Below, in pieces: positions 11,624 through 26,467 of a DNA stretch of 62,000 bases. The notes under the pieces are model-generated. The model saw nothing but the letters and a program-made list of their open reading frames with translations. It was not told the DNA's origin and ran no database searches. The DNA lies in the NCBI RefSeq assembly GCF_001949145.1, contig NW_019091400.1:930001-992000 (forward strand), written 5' to 3'. Every line of letters begins with the position of its first letter. The first letter of the stretch is position 1. The translations under genes were made by a program, and so were the position numbers. This stretch comes from Acanthaster planci. Taxonomy: Eukaryota.

Positions 11624-14600
11624 TTTGCTGCAACTTTTAGAAAATCTGTTGGCATCAGACATGCCAGTCCTTTGCTCAAGTATTCCAAATCATACATTTG
11701 ACATAGTCCACCTTGGATTTCCTCTACATTCACCACGCCCAAGGGAGGCCCAGCAGCTGCCATTGGGGGTCACACACTGAAGGTGAACTCATGTGGAAAT
11801 TCCTGTTTATAAATTTAAGAAAACCTTAAGAAAGCCACAATTTACTTCTGGTGTCAATCAGGGTGTTTTCTCTTACCACATCCTCCCAAACCTCTAAAAA
11901 TGTGTTCGAACCCTATCTTGCATGGGACCCAAGCAAATTTGTCCATTGTCTTCATCATGCTTTTTGTAGACTTCTTTAAAGGAGAGCTTTTTTTTTTTTT
12001 TACAACCCCAAGAGGGCCCTTGTTCTCAGAAACAGTATAGTAACTAAAGCAAAGGCATTGTATTCTCTTGCAGTTTATATCAGGACCATGAGCGGCACCA
12101 GGATTTATTTTTTTTTAGGGGGGGTGATCGAAGCACTTATTTTGGAAATGATAAGTCGTAACAGTGGGAAGGAGGCCAGTTAATGCTGCAGATAGGTGAT
12201 TTTTATCCCCTTTCATCGTTTTCCCTAATTTTTGTTAAGTTTTGTGTCTTTTTCCTCCTTGTTAATATTTCAATTTTTAACCGGGGGGGGGAAGGGAACA
12301 AGTTCCTTTCTGGCTCCCCTCCCCGGCGACATTCATGGCCTGGACCTGTACTTTTGAAGAAAAAAAAAAAAACTCTTGAATACAGAAGAACAACTCATAT
12401 TTTACATATAGTTGTGAAAGAAAGGGACATATGAAATATATTTATGTATGAAATCTTCTTCCTGGGGCAATTTGGTCTAACAGAACTTGACAGAGAAAGT
12501 AGAAAAATGTATTATACGTAGAAAAGTTTATTTATTAGTAAGCAAAATTTCTTAATGAAAAAAGTGAATGGATCTAAGAATTTCCTATTTTAACTTGCTG
12601 ATTATGGTGTGTTCCTTGCACGACGTAGAAATTTTGAAGCTTTATGATGTCAATTTTAATTATACTTGCAGCGGTACATATAAGTTATTTTTTTTATCGT
12701 ACTGCAAATAGCTGGAACACATAGAATAATTGGTAGAATTGCTTAAGCTTACTGTTCACTTTTAAAAACTGCTGAGCATTAAACCTGACCTTTCCAAAAC
12801 CTGCGGATTGTGAAGGATCTTGCAAGATTTTGTTCGCTACTGTTACTTTCTTATGGGGTTTCATGCTCCTTATGTGTTGAAGTGAAGAGCGCTTACGTGG
12901 GCTCCTCCTTTGCGGTGGCAGAACTTAAGAGTGAAAGTCTTTAAAAGGGTCAGGAGCAGAAACCAGATAATTAGCGATGTAACAAGCTTAATGAGTGATA
13001 TGGATCCATTCATGATTTCAGTAACTAATGCGGCAGTAATCAATCTGGCAAGGTAGATACTGTAGTATTCTCGGCAGCTGTGTATACGCACTTGCTGTCA
13101 AGGGAAACTGATGTCGACATAAGTGTTCGGGGCATCTTGATTTTCAGTTTCCTGACACAAGGGCAAGTACGAAACCCAGACTAACATTAAGGCACTTTTA
13201 ATACTGACTTAAATGCTTTCATACTTTAAGCTTTAAACAATAAGGTATGAACCGCAGGTTGGAAATCTCGGCAGGCAAGTTTCTGTCATCGCGACACCTG
13301 AATGTTATCTGTCTGGTAACTGATCAGACTGGTTCCCGTCTTACAGATGGCCTCTGAATGCAGGGACCCTGTAGTGGATAATGAATCTGGCAGAGTCCTG
13401 TTGGGTTTACATTATGTAAATGAAGAAATGATGCCTGCTCAATGCACAAATCAAGCAGGAGCTGAAAGTATATTTTGCTTTTGTTCTTTGTTACCGAAAA
13501 TAACTTTACCATACCACTGATTTGAAAAAAATTGCCTTAAAATGATTTATCAATGATAATCATTGAAAAATAAATTACCACACTGTGATCAGCAGCCTTA
13601 GCAAGGATAGATACTTGTGTTTTATTCACCTCAGAACTAAAATATATTTCATGTTAAAGCATTGCTGTTGGCCTAACAATAATTTCAATATCGGCATCCA
13701 AATTGACAGGGCTAATTGCACATGTTAAACCGAAGCTAGCAACCAGTCCCTGTATAATAGGGATGGGGACCGGTCCCATAACTGATTTGCTTGACTGCAG
13801 TGTCAACGGTCATGACGGTGCTGGTAGTCTGGTAACCTCACTTGCCAGCAGGTTTGTGGGCAACCACATATGATCTCTTAATTACCAAGTATTTTCATGT
13901 ACATGCAGAATGTTCAATCATGTCCAAATACTGAGAAATGTGATTTATGGCGTTTTTGTTTCTCAGACTAGCATATGCGTAGTACAGTGTGTGAATATAC
14001 ATTATTTTTTTCATTTTAAACCAAGCGAGTAAGTTGGATGCTTGGAATGATTTGTTTGCTTATCATTAACTATTACGTAGAACGTGGTGGTGTAGGAATT
14101 GGTGTAGACTGTACAGCAGGCTAGAGCATTTTGGAAACAGGTCTGTTCACTTGCATTTGACCAGTAAAAGAGTTCAGAAGTACATGCATATCAGAATGGG
14201 TATGCTCATGTTTTACATGGGCCATCAGCCAGTGTGAAGTATAGGAGAGGCTATTTGAGGTGGGTCAATTTGAGTGAATACAAGAGGTTGTTGAAATGGT
14301 ATCCACCTATGTATTCTGCCTGCCACACTTCAAATTGGCCAAAGGGTGTGGTATATGCTATGCTATATAGTTGAACACAGATAAGAGCACTTGCAATAAA
14401 AAGTCATGTTTACTTATAACAAGGATATTTGTACATCTTGAATGTAAGTCTTTGGTTTTCTTTTGTTTTCTATTACTGGTAAAGGTACATGTACCTGTTT
14501 AACAAGGTGCATTATAACTTGTGAAGTCCCAACAGAGTACCGAAGTAACTACATCACGCGCACAATTAGCGTGTGAAAGGCATTAGCGCAAGAACCAGTG

Positions 14601-14983
14601 CGTGAGCCAACACGCGCGTACTCCATTCGTTTGCACTGCACTTTCTGGTTCACGGTGACGTCACACTTCGGTACTCTATTGGACCTTGTTTTAAACAGGG
14701 TTCTGCTGTATAAGGGGAAAAAAGGCAGAAGTTTCCAGGAGTACAAGGAATCTTTCTCAGCTGGCAGTCTTTAAAACACAGCATCATTTTCTCGTGAAAA
14801 AGAAAGAAAAAAAAATAACAACTGGTGTAGGATTTAAAGTGTACTAATTTGGTACACTGTGCACCTGATGCCAAGGGAGTCCTTAAAAACCAATGCCAAT
14901 GACTGCGCTTTGAGCTAGCATGAAATATCCACTGGCAAGGCAAGAATTTGTACATATGCATGCTTACAAAATAATATGAATTT

Positions 14984-15129
14984 CAGTGTCTGTTCGTTTC
15001 ACACGGATCTGGATCGTGATCATTGATCTCAAAGCTGGCTTGCACTATCCATTAGTCGGGTTCAGGTGTCGGGTACCAACGTTGGACCACTGATCCCAAT
15101 CCTGACCTGCATGAAATGAACAGAGACTG
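14984..15129. mobile_element. Small MITE-like element
   Basis: Imperfect inverted ends CAGTGTCTGTTCGTTTCA / TGAAATGAACAGAGACTG. Confidence 0.4.
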
Positions 15130-15995
15130 TCAGTTTTGCACCCACTTGCCTAATGGGTGCATTCAAAATGCAATATTGAACACAAATCTACTGCTACAAG
15201 TACATGTAGTAGTCGGCTGCACGGCAGCTGATAATGCAGTGTCTCCAACTGGCTCCATCTTTGGCAACCTCAAGGATCTTAAATGTACATTAAGGTGTAC
15301 AAGCCAGATCTACAAGCACCCGGAGTTCACTGCTTAACCACTTTTCAAAATTATGTAATTATCAATAGCAGATAGCATACATGCATTTTATATTCCCTAA
15401 AAATCAAACATTTTCTTTAAAACAGAGTTAAAGTGTCATGCAAGAACCAACTAGGCAAATTCATATTTCATTTCAGAGTGGATTTGATTGACATGTTCTG
15501 AATAAAAACTAAAATTACTGACATGAACTGGTAATTTATTTCAGGCAGCTTTTACACATGCACTAGTATTTTCTTTAATTTATTGCATACATGCGCATGT
15601 ATATCTTGAATATAAAACTAGAAAAAAAGTACATTTCAATATCAGTGCTTAAAAAGAGGGCAATCATTAGGCAGGCAGCGGTATATTTATCTGAAACAAA
15701 AAAAAATGCAATGATCAAGATGTGTGCCCCGCCACCATTGATGAAAATTTAACATAAATTCAGTTTTGCTACTGGAAGCATGTCAGCATTGTTAACAATT
15801 ATGATTTCTCCAAACGTGATTTTTACATAGAGTGTCTGCACAAAGGTACATGTATTTCCAGCTCGTCACAATGAGTTGTTGTCAGAGTTGATCTAAGTTT
15901 TGCTGTAAATTTTTTAATTCCAATCACTCTGGAACAAGCGCCAGGACAGCAAAGTTGAAACGTCTACTTGTGCCACGGTGGAGACAACATTAAAC

Positions 15996-18900
15996 CTAGT
16001 CATCACCATGGTCACCACCATTGTAGACAGAGATTGCAATGGCATCTTGTACGCCAAGGCCATCCACTTTACAATAGAAGCGCTCTGTGGTAAACTTGTT
16101 GCTTCCCTCCACATACTTGATGTAATCGGGACAGCCGGGAAACAGGACGTTGTCGGCCACGATGACGGTCCCCTTGCGAAGGAGATGGAGTTCCTCCAGT
16201 CGTTCCAGATCAGGCAAGTACTGGCTGCCAAAGTGATCAATGAATAGGTAGTCCAGCTTGTCCATTGAGTATCTGCTGCATAGCTCTGGGATGACATCTG
16301 ATGATTTCCCAGTAACGACCGAAACCTGAAAACAGAGACTGCAATTTCAACCCTGAAGGAGCTGGGTTTCCACTTGACTACTGGGCATGTTTTAGCAAAA
16401 CTAACCAACTTTTTTCAACATTACTTCAATGTTTGTAGTGGAGTCTTGCTGTGATTTCAAATCTATTACCATTAATAACAACATGTACATGTACGTACAT
16501 GTATAATCAATTTCGTACCGTTTGTTTTACATGTACATGTAGCCATCTACTACTGTTTCAAACAGCTTTACCTGCCTGCTGGGCAAATTTAAGAATGGAT
16601 TTTATTAGCCAGCAGCAGTTTTTAATAGAATTTGTAAGGTGTGGTAGTGCTGCCGGTACGGTGCCGGTCTGGAGATGGACCTGGCCGCTGCCCCCCCCCC
16701 CATCCATCCTTCTACATGTAGGTAAGGCATTAGGGGTTAAGTACATGCACATGAAGCCCGAGTCGAGCAAAAGCCCATCTAATACTGTTTTGTTATCTTC
16801 AGCATTCTTGGACTGACGCAAGTCTGCATGTTGATGGACGCAGACTCTGGTTTTTTTTATTTACTGCAAGACTCGACTTGACCCATGTTCACCCCAAAAT
16901 GACTGTTTGTTTTTTAATCCCCAGCACCCCTTCAACATAAAATAATTCAATAAATGGAAACTTAAAGAACATCCTCCACATCGTTACCAGACTTAAGAAT
17001 GCTTTCCTATCAACATTCTTAAGCCACTAGACAGTATTTATTTTTTCTATTAACTTTTCTTCTCTTTGTAATTTACATGTAGTTTTGAAAAGCATTCAAG
17101 AATTTTTACAAACAATTGGAAACACACATGCTGGTATGTAACGGTCCTCTTTCTGTTCATACTTACAATTACATGCACTTGCAAATACCAAGCACATACG
17201 GGTAGCATGTTTTCAAACGTACGATATGACATTTGGTTTATTGAAAGACTGGGACTAGATTTTAAGACTCAAATTCTGACTTTAACTTGGACCTGGACAA
17301 TGACTTGGACTCCAAAAATGACAGACTCAACAATACTGCCTGACATCCCAACTTAATTTTCACAATCATATCAGAGTCATTACTTTTGCTGTTTTACAGG
17401 CAGGTGATGATCCACAGAGACATCCCATCCACATGTATCGTAATATTTTCTCCAGGAACGCAACAGTTTACTCTGAAGCTGGTTTGAAGTTGTCGCTCGG
17501 GAGAGCTACACAAGAATAATCATGGCCCGACATGTAGCTACAGGTACCCACGAAGAGATGACATCTCTCATAAACTAATGCTAGACAGCATTCGACTGAA
17601 ACCGTGTGTTATCTTCCTCAGATACTGGAAGTTGAAAAGCTGCATGTACTTGTACTTCCTCTAAATTTGCCTCAAATTTCAAAAGCTTGGGGAGCTGCAT
17701 ATCCACCTTCAAACCATGTCACGTCTACGTGCATACTCTCATCCAAATGCAAAGGCTACTAATATATACATGTACCCGTACGTACATGCGCTGCACCTTT
17801 CCTTTCAAAAGATTAAAGGGTAGCTGCAATCAATTTGTTTTAATAAACTGTACAAACCTTCAAAATGCACCTTTGTGTCTCAGTTAACCTCATTTTCAAC
17901 TTTTGGTTCACTCTTTCAAAGGGTGTTTTACTGCCTTTTTGGTTTTTATGCAAATGAGATTTCCATATTCATGAGCAAAACATGATGCCATCCCAGGAAA
18001 AATCCTCAATGTTACATTGATTTGCAAAGAAAGATGTCCCACATTTTTGTAGATTGTGTTGGACTCAGTTTTCTCTTGTTTACCAATTCTTTGCTCTTTA
18101 TGTGCATTGTACTGTAATAAGCAACCAATCAATTCCTCTCGGAGAAATTTGTCATCAAGTAAATTCTGGGTTCACAATTTGAACAAAAAAGATTTATGCA
18201 CCGAAATGCATGTACAGCCGTGTTCCCATTGGATTCTTTTGGTTAACTTACCGCGACCTTCCTGCAGAATTACAAAATTAAATCCAATGGAAACACATCG
18301 TTAGCTTACGTTCCTTCTAACTTACTGTGATGTTAATTAAATCCAATGGAAACACATGGTTAGCTTACGTTCCTTCAAACTTACTGTGACTGTGATGTAA
18401 AACTAACTAGCTGAAAAGGTCATGGAAGATTTCCATGCAGTCACAGTAAGTTTGCAGGGGCGCTAATAAGGCTAATGGGAACAGTTCCCGTACAATATAG
18501 ATAGACTGCGACCACGCTAAACCAACAGACTACAAGGCTACGGCTACACAGAGATTGACAGCAGGCATGCGAAAATGGTTGTATGGTTCCCAGTCTCCAG
18601 CTCCGTGCACACAGAACAGCAATATGCCGCGCACACACAGTGAAGCGTGCTCAGATAAAGCTATATACACACTGTGTACAAGTGCATCTTGTTCATCTCC
18701 ACTTAAAAGGTGGCAGATTTGGCCGAATTTGTCAGATTTTGTCATTTTTTGGGTCATATTTGGTGGATTTTGTCACGATTTGTACAGAGCCCACAACATG
18801 TACAGTGTGTAGGTATTCAGCTAGTATTACGCAGCAAATAAATATTCCGTTACGGTAAAAAAGTCTACTTCGGTATATGCGGTAGATTGACACGAAGGAA

Positions 18901-20323
18901 TGTCGCAGTAAGTTTCTGCATGGCTGTGGAAGACAAAGTCTGATGAAAACATGGCTTAAGTTGTCCCTAAATGACTTCACAGCATAGAGTTCTGCGCGTC
19001 ACAGCAGCTGCACCCTCAGTTGTCCAGGAAAGCACGAAATTGTTTTAGAAATAGGAATGTAATAGTTTTCAAACATTGGAGAAAAATACAAAGTTGAAGA
19101 AAATTGTGTCGAAGAAAAATTCATTGCAGCTGCACTTCTTAAAGTGTACCTGATTTAGACCAGCCATGTCTACCAACTGCTTGGCGATGCTGGCATATTT
19201 TTCGTTTATCTCCACTGTGATCAAGCGAGCTCCTTCAGGCAGATGAACTGCTGTGGAAACTGCAGAGTAACCCAAGTAGGTGCCAAGCTCCAAGCAATTC
19301 TTGGGCTTCGTTTCCTCAAGTACTGTGCCGATTTTCTCCACTAAAACACAAACATTTTTATTAATTCACAGATAATTTTGCCATGACTTTTTAAATCAAA
19401 TTTAAGTTGTACTCCATGCATGTTGCATTTAGAGCTGGTAATTTGATATTCATTCTATCTTATTTCAAATGTTTTACCAGCACGCACATGGATTGAAAAT
19501 GTCCGCGCCCAGGACGATGTCCAATTTATCCGCGTGGAGAATGAGAAGCTTGCCCTGTAGTTTTTATATATAGCTCTATGGCGGCATGTTGGTCTTTACT
19601 TATAACTATGGCGTACACATGTACCGCCATGTTAGGTCAAGTGGGTCAGTGAGAAAGCCCTGTGCATTGACCAAAGAGATCCTGGAAGAGGGAGGCAAAT
19701 ACTCCTTGGCATCTTCTCTGATATCGAGCATTGAGTTTTTTTCTGTGATGCCTCGAGATCATTCTGACACACCAACTGTTTAAAGAAAAAGTGTTCTTGT
19801 GAAAAAGCCAATTTTTCAAGAGACAGGTCATCCAAAAAAGTCAACTCTTCTGAAGTGTGCTCAAATGCACACGGCTGACACCAAAGAGGCCATGATCTTC
19901 CAATGTCTACATGAATTTACCATAAATTACATGGACACGTACTTTGAAATGAAATTTCATCTATGAACTCATAATGAACATCTCTGTAGATACATTGTAC
20001 ATGTTTGCCTCAAGTTTTCCAAGATCAGCTGAGCGATATGATCCAAAAAGCCCTGCTCTTCAAGGTTACATTTGTCCACTGAATGCACACACTGATGGCT
20101 GTAACTTACTTTTCCTCCGTTCAATACTGACCATCCACTCTTTCTCATCCTTGAATCTATCCACGGCAGACAGCACACTAGCTGCATCGCCCTCTACTGC
20201 TGTGCTCTTCACGAATTCAAGGAGGCGATCTTCAGTTGCATTCCCATATCGTAAGCGACGCCAAGCGTTAGGAATGGATACATATATCATGAACCTCAGC
20301 ATGTTGCCCAAAATATGTAAATC
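15996..20323 (-). CDS. COMT: Catechol O-methyltransferase-like protein, copy 1. Exons 20323-20110 (first in-exon ATG at 20302), 19340-19150, 16325-15996
   Basis: GDAASVLSAVDRF, SAM-binding LELGTYLGYSAV, ITVEIN, YLFIDH, YLPDL, LLRKGTVIVADNVLFPGCPDY. Splice phases 1 and 0 are compatible with GT-AG borders. The true start may lie in an upstream exon. Confidence 0.88.
18276..18388. repeat. Two-copy ~59 bp tandem duplication
   Basis: AATTAAATCCAATGGAAACACAT(C/G)GTTAGCTTACGTTCCTTC(T/A)AACTTACTGTGA occurs twice. Confidence 0.8.
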
Positions 20324-20583
20324 CTGAGGCACAGGACGAAAAACAGTTCGGAGGAGTTAGATAAAAACTGGTTTAGTTTCATATTTTCCATAACTTACCA
20401 ATTATAGCAAATAAAACTTTCGGAGCAGATTTTTATGTTTTAAAGAATCGTATTTATATGTATGACCTAAAGGTTACAATACCCTGTGATTATCACCTCT
20501 TGACAGATCCCTGGAAACACATATTTGCATATACATGTACACTCTCTGCTATACTAAATTGTTCGCAATTTGATTATAAAGAT

Positions 20584-20653
20584 GAACAAAGAAATTGACT
20601 GGAGTGGGATTTGAACCTGCGGCCTCTGGCATACCATACCAATGCTCTACCAG
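20584..20653 (-). mobile_element. tRNA-derived SINE fragment
   Basis: Minus strand CTGGTAGAGCA...GGTTCAAATCCCACTCCAGTCAATTTCTTTGTTC: D-arm and B-box like, but no complete cloverleaf. Confidence 0.55.
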
Positions 20654-23600
20654 TGTTTATAATTTGTTTGATGAAACTTTGAAAGGAGAATATGACATCA
20701 CGTATAATAAAACAAAGTGTCTTCAAGATATTTGCAATGCTTAAATATTCACTCTTGCTCTTCAATCACCAGATCTCCAGCCTCCAGATCTTTAAGGAAT
20801 TTGTCTACTTGTACATATGGGGCAGTGGGGTTTCATCATGTGTGACAATGAACCACAATGGACAACCTCGGAACAAAATTGATGATATGATGTAAATAAA
20901 CAAACTAAAACAGAACGGGTGAAAAGTGGTATCATTGACCACATCAGATGTTTTCTTTTTAGGAAGGATATCCAAACTTCAGACTTGACTCTTTGAGGTC
21001 AGTCTTTGATTGGGGGAAGAATTCCATATACGAAGTTCACTGTAATATCGCGTAATTACTACAAAAGTATCCTTACTTTGATCGCTGAATGAAGACAATT
21101 CCAATAGGCATTGAAGAGCTGAACATCATAGGACAGAAATATGGAGCTTTGGGCACACTTTTGGAGCTACACATGGACCAGGTTTACATCGACAGGCGGC
21201 CATCTTTCCTTTTGCGGNNNNNNNNNNNNNNNNNNNNNNNNNNNNNNNNNNNNNNNNNNNNNNNNNNNNNNNNNNNNNNNNNNNNNNNNNNNNNNNNNNN
21301 NNNNNNNNNNNNNNNNNNNNNNNNNNNNNNNNNNNNNNNNNNNNNNNNNNNNNNNNNNNNNNNNNNNNNNNNNNNNNNNNNNNNNNNNNNNNNNNNNNNN
21401 NNNNNNNNNNNNNNNNNNNNNNNNNNNNNNNNNNNNNNNNNNNNNNNNNNNNNNNNNNNNNNNNNNNNNNNNNNNNNNNNNNNNNNNNNNNNNNNNNNNN
21501 NNNNNNNNNNNNNNNNNNNNNNNNNNNNNNNNNNNNNNNNNNNNNNNNNNNNNNNNNNNNNNNNNNNNNNNNNNNNNNNNNNNNNNNNNNNNNNNNNNNN
21601 NNNNNNNNNNNNNNNNNNNNNNNNNNNNNNNNNNNNNNNNNNNNNNNNNNNNNNNNNNNNNNNNNNNNNNNNNNNNNNNNNNNNNNNNNNNNNNNNNNNN
21701 NNNNNNNNNNNNNNNNNNNNNNNNNNNNNNNNNNNNNNNNNNNNNNNNNNNNNNNNNNNNNNNNNNNNNNNNNNNNNNNNNNNNNNNNNNNNNNNNNNNN
21801 NNNNNNNNNNNNNNNNNNNNNNNNNNNNNNNNNNNNNNNNNNNNNNNNNNNNNNNNNNNNNNNNNNNNNNNNNNNNNNNNNNNNNNNNNNNNNNNNNNNN
21901 NNNNNNNNNNNNNNNNNNNNNNNNNNNNNNNNNNNNNNNNNNNNNNNNNNNNNNNNNNNNNNNNNNNNNNNNNNNNNNNNNNNNNNNNNNNNNNNNNNNN
22001 NNNNNNNNNNNNNNNNNNNNNNNNNNNNNNNNNNNNNNNNNNNNNNNNNNNNNNNNNNNNNNNNNNNNNNNNNNNNNNNNNNNNNNNNNNNNNNNNNNNN
22101 NNNNNNNNNNNNNNNNNNNNNNNNNNNNNNNNNNNNNNNNNNNNNNNNNNNNNNNNNNNNNNNNNNNNNNNNNNNNNNNNNNNNNNNNNNNNNNNNNNNN
22201 NNNNNNNNNNNNNNNNNNNNNNNNNNNNNNNNNNNNNNNNNNNNNNNNNNNNNNNNNNNNNNNNNNNNNNNNNNNNNNNNNNNNNNNNNNNNNNNNNNNN
22301 NNNNNNNNNNNNNNNNNNNNNNNNNNNNNNNNNNNNNNNNNNNNNNNNNNNNNNNNNNNNNNNNNNNNNNNNNNNNNNNNNNNNNNNNNNNNNNNNNNNN
22401 NNNNNNNNNNNNNNNNNNNNNNNNNNNNNNNNNNNNNNNNNNNNNNNNNNNNNNNNNNNNNNNNNNNNNNNNNNNNNNNNNNNNNNNNNNNNNNNNNNNN
22501 NNNNNNNNNNNNNNTATTGCGTCGGGCCCCTTCTTTTTAAACCTGTCCCCCTAAGTTATTGAACCCCCTTTCACATCTCTATCCCCCAAAAATAAATGTC
22601 GCCCCTTTTTAAATCTGTCCTGGAGAAAAAATTTCTCCCAAAAAGTGAATTTCGTATATGGAATTCTATCGTCACTGTCACTCAGTGTCACTTTTTTGGA
22701 GGGAAGTCGGAGGCCATGCAATGATGGAGTCTTCCCAACTGTCTGACTGTCAAAAAGTGTCGTGTTTGCTCTGTTCAAAAAAAACTATTCCAGCTTTAAA
22801 TCACTTCTAAATGTTCACAATCTTTCCTCTTCAAGTCGACATATTTGTAAAAACATACCAATACTAGCCTACTACTAGGCCTACCTCACTTCCTGCAAAA
22901 GCAGACTACGCAGACAAAACTCAGAGAACCACAGATAACTGTCGCGCACGCCGCAGTTTCCTATCTGCGCACTGCATGCATGTACGTACCTAGTACCTAG
23001 CCCGAGTAAAAAAAAAACCACGGACAGACAGCACATGCACAGTAGTGGAAATCGGTTTACTTCCGGTAGTATCCGCCGACTTTATGTACATTGTCGACTG
23101 GATAGGACATCGTGCATAATTTGCGCGCCCGTACAATGGCGGCGCTTCACTCGGAGGGTAATGTGATGCAGTATGCCGGCCGTGCATTTCTGGTCAAGTT
23201 TTTAGTGGGATGATGGCCAAGTCCTCGGCCTCCCTCCCGAAAACAAGCCAAAAATAAACAGAAAATGCAAGAATATCATTTCCTGACTAATAAATAATAA
23301 CTGACCATTTTCTTATTAACTAACCCACTCAAAAGCGATAAAGTTCACCTATTTTGCGGGTATTTGTTTTTAATTCTTTTTTTTTGTACACCTATTGTCT
23401 AGTACGGTCTCGCTTTAGCAATATTTTGGTTTTATCAGTAAATATGATGTTCAAACTGTCCATGTGTTTTTCCGTCTGGTTTCGATGAGTCAACACTGAA
23501 AAATCATCAATAAATGGTTTTAATTTTATACAATTTCCCGGGTAAAATTCTACCAAATAAAATTTATTCATATACCATGGCCTATTGAGTAAATTTTATT

Positions 23601-24480
23601 GAAAACCGACATGCGGCAGTGTGAGAATCTTTTCTGTGAGCACAAAGTGAGCGCAGCTTTAAATGAGCGACCAAACTAACTTGCTGCCGTTTTTAAAACT
23701 GACACTTATTAATCAGCTTAAAAAATTGAGTACACATCCTGACTTAAGCCTAAAAATTTACAATTAACAACAACTTTCCGGGATAAAACGTCTGTTTTAA
23801 CTGAGAACGAATAATTTTTTACGCAGACAAAGTTTTTAAGTTTCATTGCGTTGACTTTGAATTCCCGGCCTTGCCCCGAAGAAGAATTCTGTCACTCATA
23901 TCACATCGTCTGACGCACGATTTGGGTCCAGTGCGTCTTTAGATCCGACAAACACAAATCTTGGCTGTCTTGGAGATTTTTCCGGTGAAATCTGGGGAAA
24001 ATAAACGACAAATTAGTCATGTTTTTTAAACCACTTTTGCCAATAAGTAACGTTTCAGACGGTTCCAACTTCAAGTTCGAAGTAGTGAAGTTTCATATAC
24101 AAAGCCTGATAGGCTAGATACTCTGTCATAAATTTCTTACGAGGCCTATATAGGCTTAAAGTTAAGCATTTATAAAAAGTAAAACTTGAGAAACTTTCTG
24201 AAGCGACTCACGTTTCCTTCTGTTCCTTCTTCCAAACTTGACGTTGATCTGCTGCGTACACCTCAACCATTATTCTTTCCAAATTTACCCACTGCAAGTG
24301 CAGAATTCAGTTTTTCTTCAAAATCTGACGACTGAAGCAAAAAAACTACTACGTCATGTTGTTTGCTTGCGGTGCAAGCAGTCATCGCACGTCGGTGCGT
24401 TTTCTAGGGATTAGTAGTTGGGCGCGCTTTATCTTGGTCTTGGGCGTGCACTAGTGCCTAGTGCACTTTTAGGAGTTCTT

Positions 24481-26449
24481 TGTAGCCTAATTAGGCAGCG
24501 CAAAATTTAATTCGTTGCTGGGTACGCCCAACTTCGGCTCTTGATTTGTTGTTATTGTTCGGGCTAGCACTGGACTTGGACTTGTCAGATTGCTGCCGCT
24601 GGAGCTAAAAAAAGTAATTGTCACTAGGGAATTCCCATTCTCGGCTGTTTGATTAAACCTACAGTTAGCTCGGGGAATCGACGCGGCTGTTCATCTCCGG
24701 GAAGTTTAAGGCGCTGTCTAATTATACACGATTTAATTATGATTATTTTGACGGGTTTTCCCAACAAATTTTAGCGGAGTACGAGACGCCTCCGGGAGGT
24801 CCTTCAGCGAGGTGCCTCACTATCTAGTGCGCCTCCGGAGGTCTCCCTCAAATTGGGCGGCGCCTCAAATACAGATTGCCCCCGGGTGAAGTGAAAGCCC
24901 GATCACATTTAGTAAGTCAGAGCCTCGACATTAATTCGGCTACCTTCATTCATTGATTAGCATTGTTTATTTGATGTTCAATTAAACATTGTTAATTGTT
25001 TCCCGGTGTGTTATTTTTGTGGCGTTTGCTAATTGTTAAGTGCTGTGGTCACATGAGGGAGCTATTCATGTTGTCCATGAATCGCTCGGTACGTTGCCGT
25101 GTAGTAATCTTGGTGTTTTGGACATGTTATGCGGGCACGAGAGATAGTGCCAGGTTTAATAATGCATTCATTGATAAAATGTTAATGTCTTGGTTATGTG
25201 AGTTATAGATAAATGCAAATGGTAGATATTTAATAGTCCAGATCGATTAATAGAGGGATTAAGTTGCAATCAGTTAAGCTCCTGTGCCCATGAATATACG
25301 TGTAAATTGGTCGTTCGCGCCACAACCTTGGATCTTTTCCAAAACTTCTAGACAACATTGTAGTCGTCAGGTTCAGGGCCCGAAATGGTCCTGTGGATTT
25401 GCTGAATTGTACCAGCAGGGTTTGGGGCCCTAGGCTCGGGGCAGATTGGCTACATCGACTGGTGAGTTACATGTGTATAGCGAGTTATATAACAGCTAAT
25501 ATAAGGTCATAAAAGTGGCTGTATGTAGCAGGGTGCAAGTTGAGTGTCAAATTTACAATGTGATGTGCACGTACGTGTACCTCCACCTTCGTTATTGTAC
25601 GTGTACAATATATATTATGCTTGACCTTGAAAATCGACAGCATGTACTGTACATGTTACATCGTAAGTTACATGTAGCACCAGCAATACTCTTCATTGAT
25701 CATGGAAATTGGAATTTAATTTAATTTAATTTAATTTAATTTAATTTAATTTAATTTAATTTAATTTAATTTAATTTAATTTAATTTAATTTAATTTAAT
25801 TTAATTTAATTTAATTTAATTTAATTTAATTTAATTTAATTTAATTTAATTTAATTTAATTTAATTTAATTTAATTTAATTTAATTTAATTTAATTTAAT
25901 TTAATTTAATTTAATTTAATTTAATTTAATTTAATTTAATTTAATTTAATTTAATTTAATTTAATTTAATTTAATAATTTAATTTAATTTAATTTAATTT
26001 AATTTAATTTAATTTAATTTAATTTAATTTAATTTAATTTAATTTAATTTAATTTAATTTAATTAATTTAATTTAATTTAATTTAATTTAATTTAATTTA
26101 ATTTTTGATTTTGAATTCAATTTAATTTAAGATTCATGTTTGTTTAAATTAATAATTTTGTACTAGCAGGTCTTTTCATGAGCAAAGTGGAGATCTCCAA
26201 AATTTGAGAGTGACACAGGAACCCCAAAATTTGGCCTCACCGCCTCACTTTCTCTCGTCACCGGGAATTACTCTTCATTTTGTTCATCTGTTTCGCCCTT
26301 AGACTAGAATATACTTTCCTGGAACGAATGTCCCCGCAAATTACATTCTGCCGCTCGAGTGTAATTTGTTCAAATAAATTTCTAAAATAAGCGTGAGTCG
26401 GTGAGAGCCGAGAATCTTCGGTGCTGAGCGAGCCTGCTCCACCGCTACA
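24481..26449 (+). repeat. 5' LTR of the gypsy element (~1.97 kb)
   Basis: 6-bp inverted termini TGTAGC/GCTACA, with the PBS 2 nt downstream. The left edge is inferred only from the inverted hexamer. Confidence 0.65.
25713..26103. repeat. (AATTT)n pentanucleotide microsatellite, ~390 bp
   Basis: Directly visible, with two small phase slips. Confidence 0.97.
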
Positions 26450-26451
26450 TT

Positions 26452-26467
26452 TGGTGTCAGAAGTGGG
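26452..26467 (+). promoter_or_regulatory. Primer-binding site (tRNA-Leu type)
   Basis: TGGTGTCAGAAGTGGG immediately after the LTR-terminal CA. Matches the common tRNA-Leu PBS of gypsy elements. Confidence 0.75.

Noticed and set aside
11059..11763. 234-aa antisense ORF
   Set aside because: Shadow of the GC-rich last CLCC1 exon; no independent motif.
20584..20653. Possible tRNA gene
   Set aside because: No intact acceptor or anticodon stems; better explained as a SINE head.
22516..24480. CpG-rich block between COMT copy 1 and the gypsy LTR
   Set aside because: Could be a promoter or transposon end, but no paired termini, ORF or defined motif could be supported.
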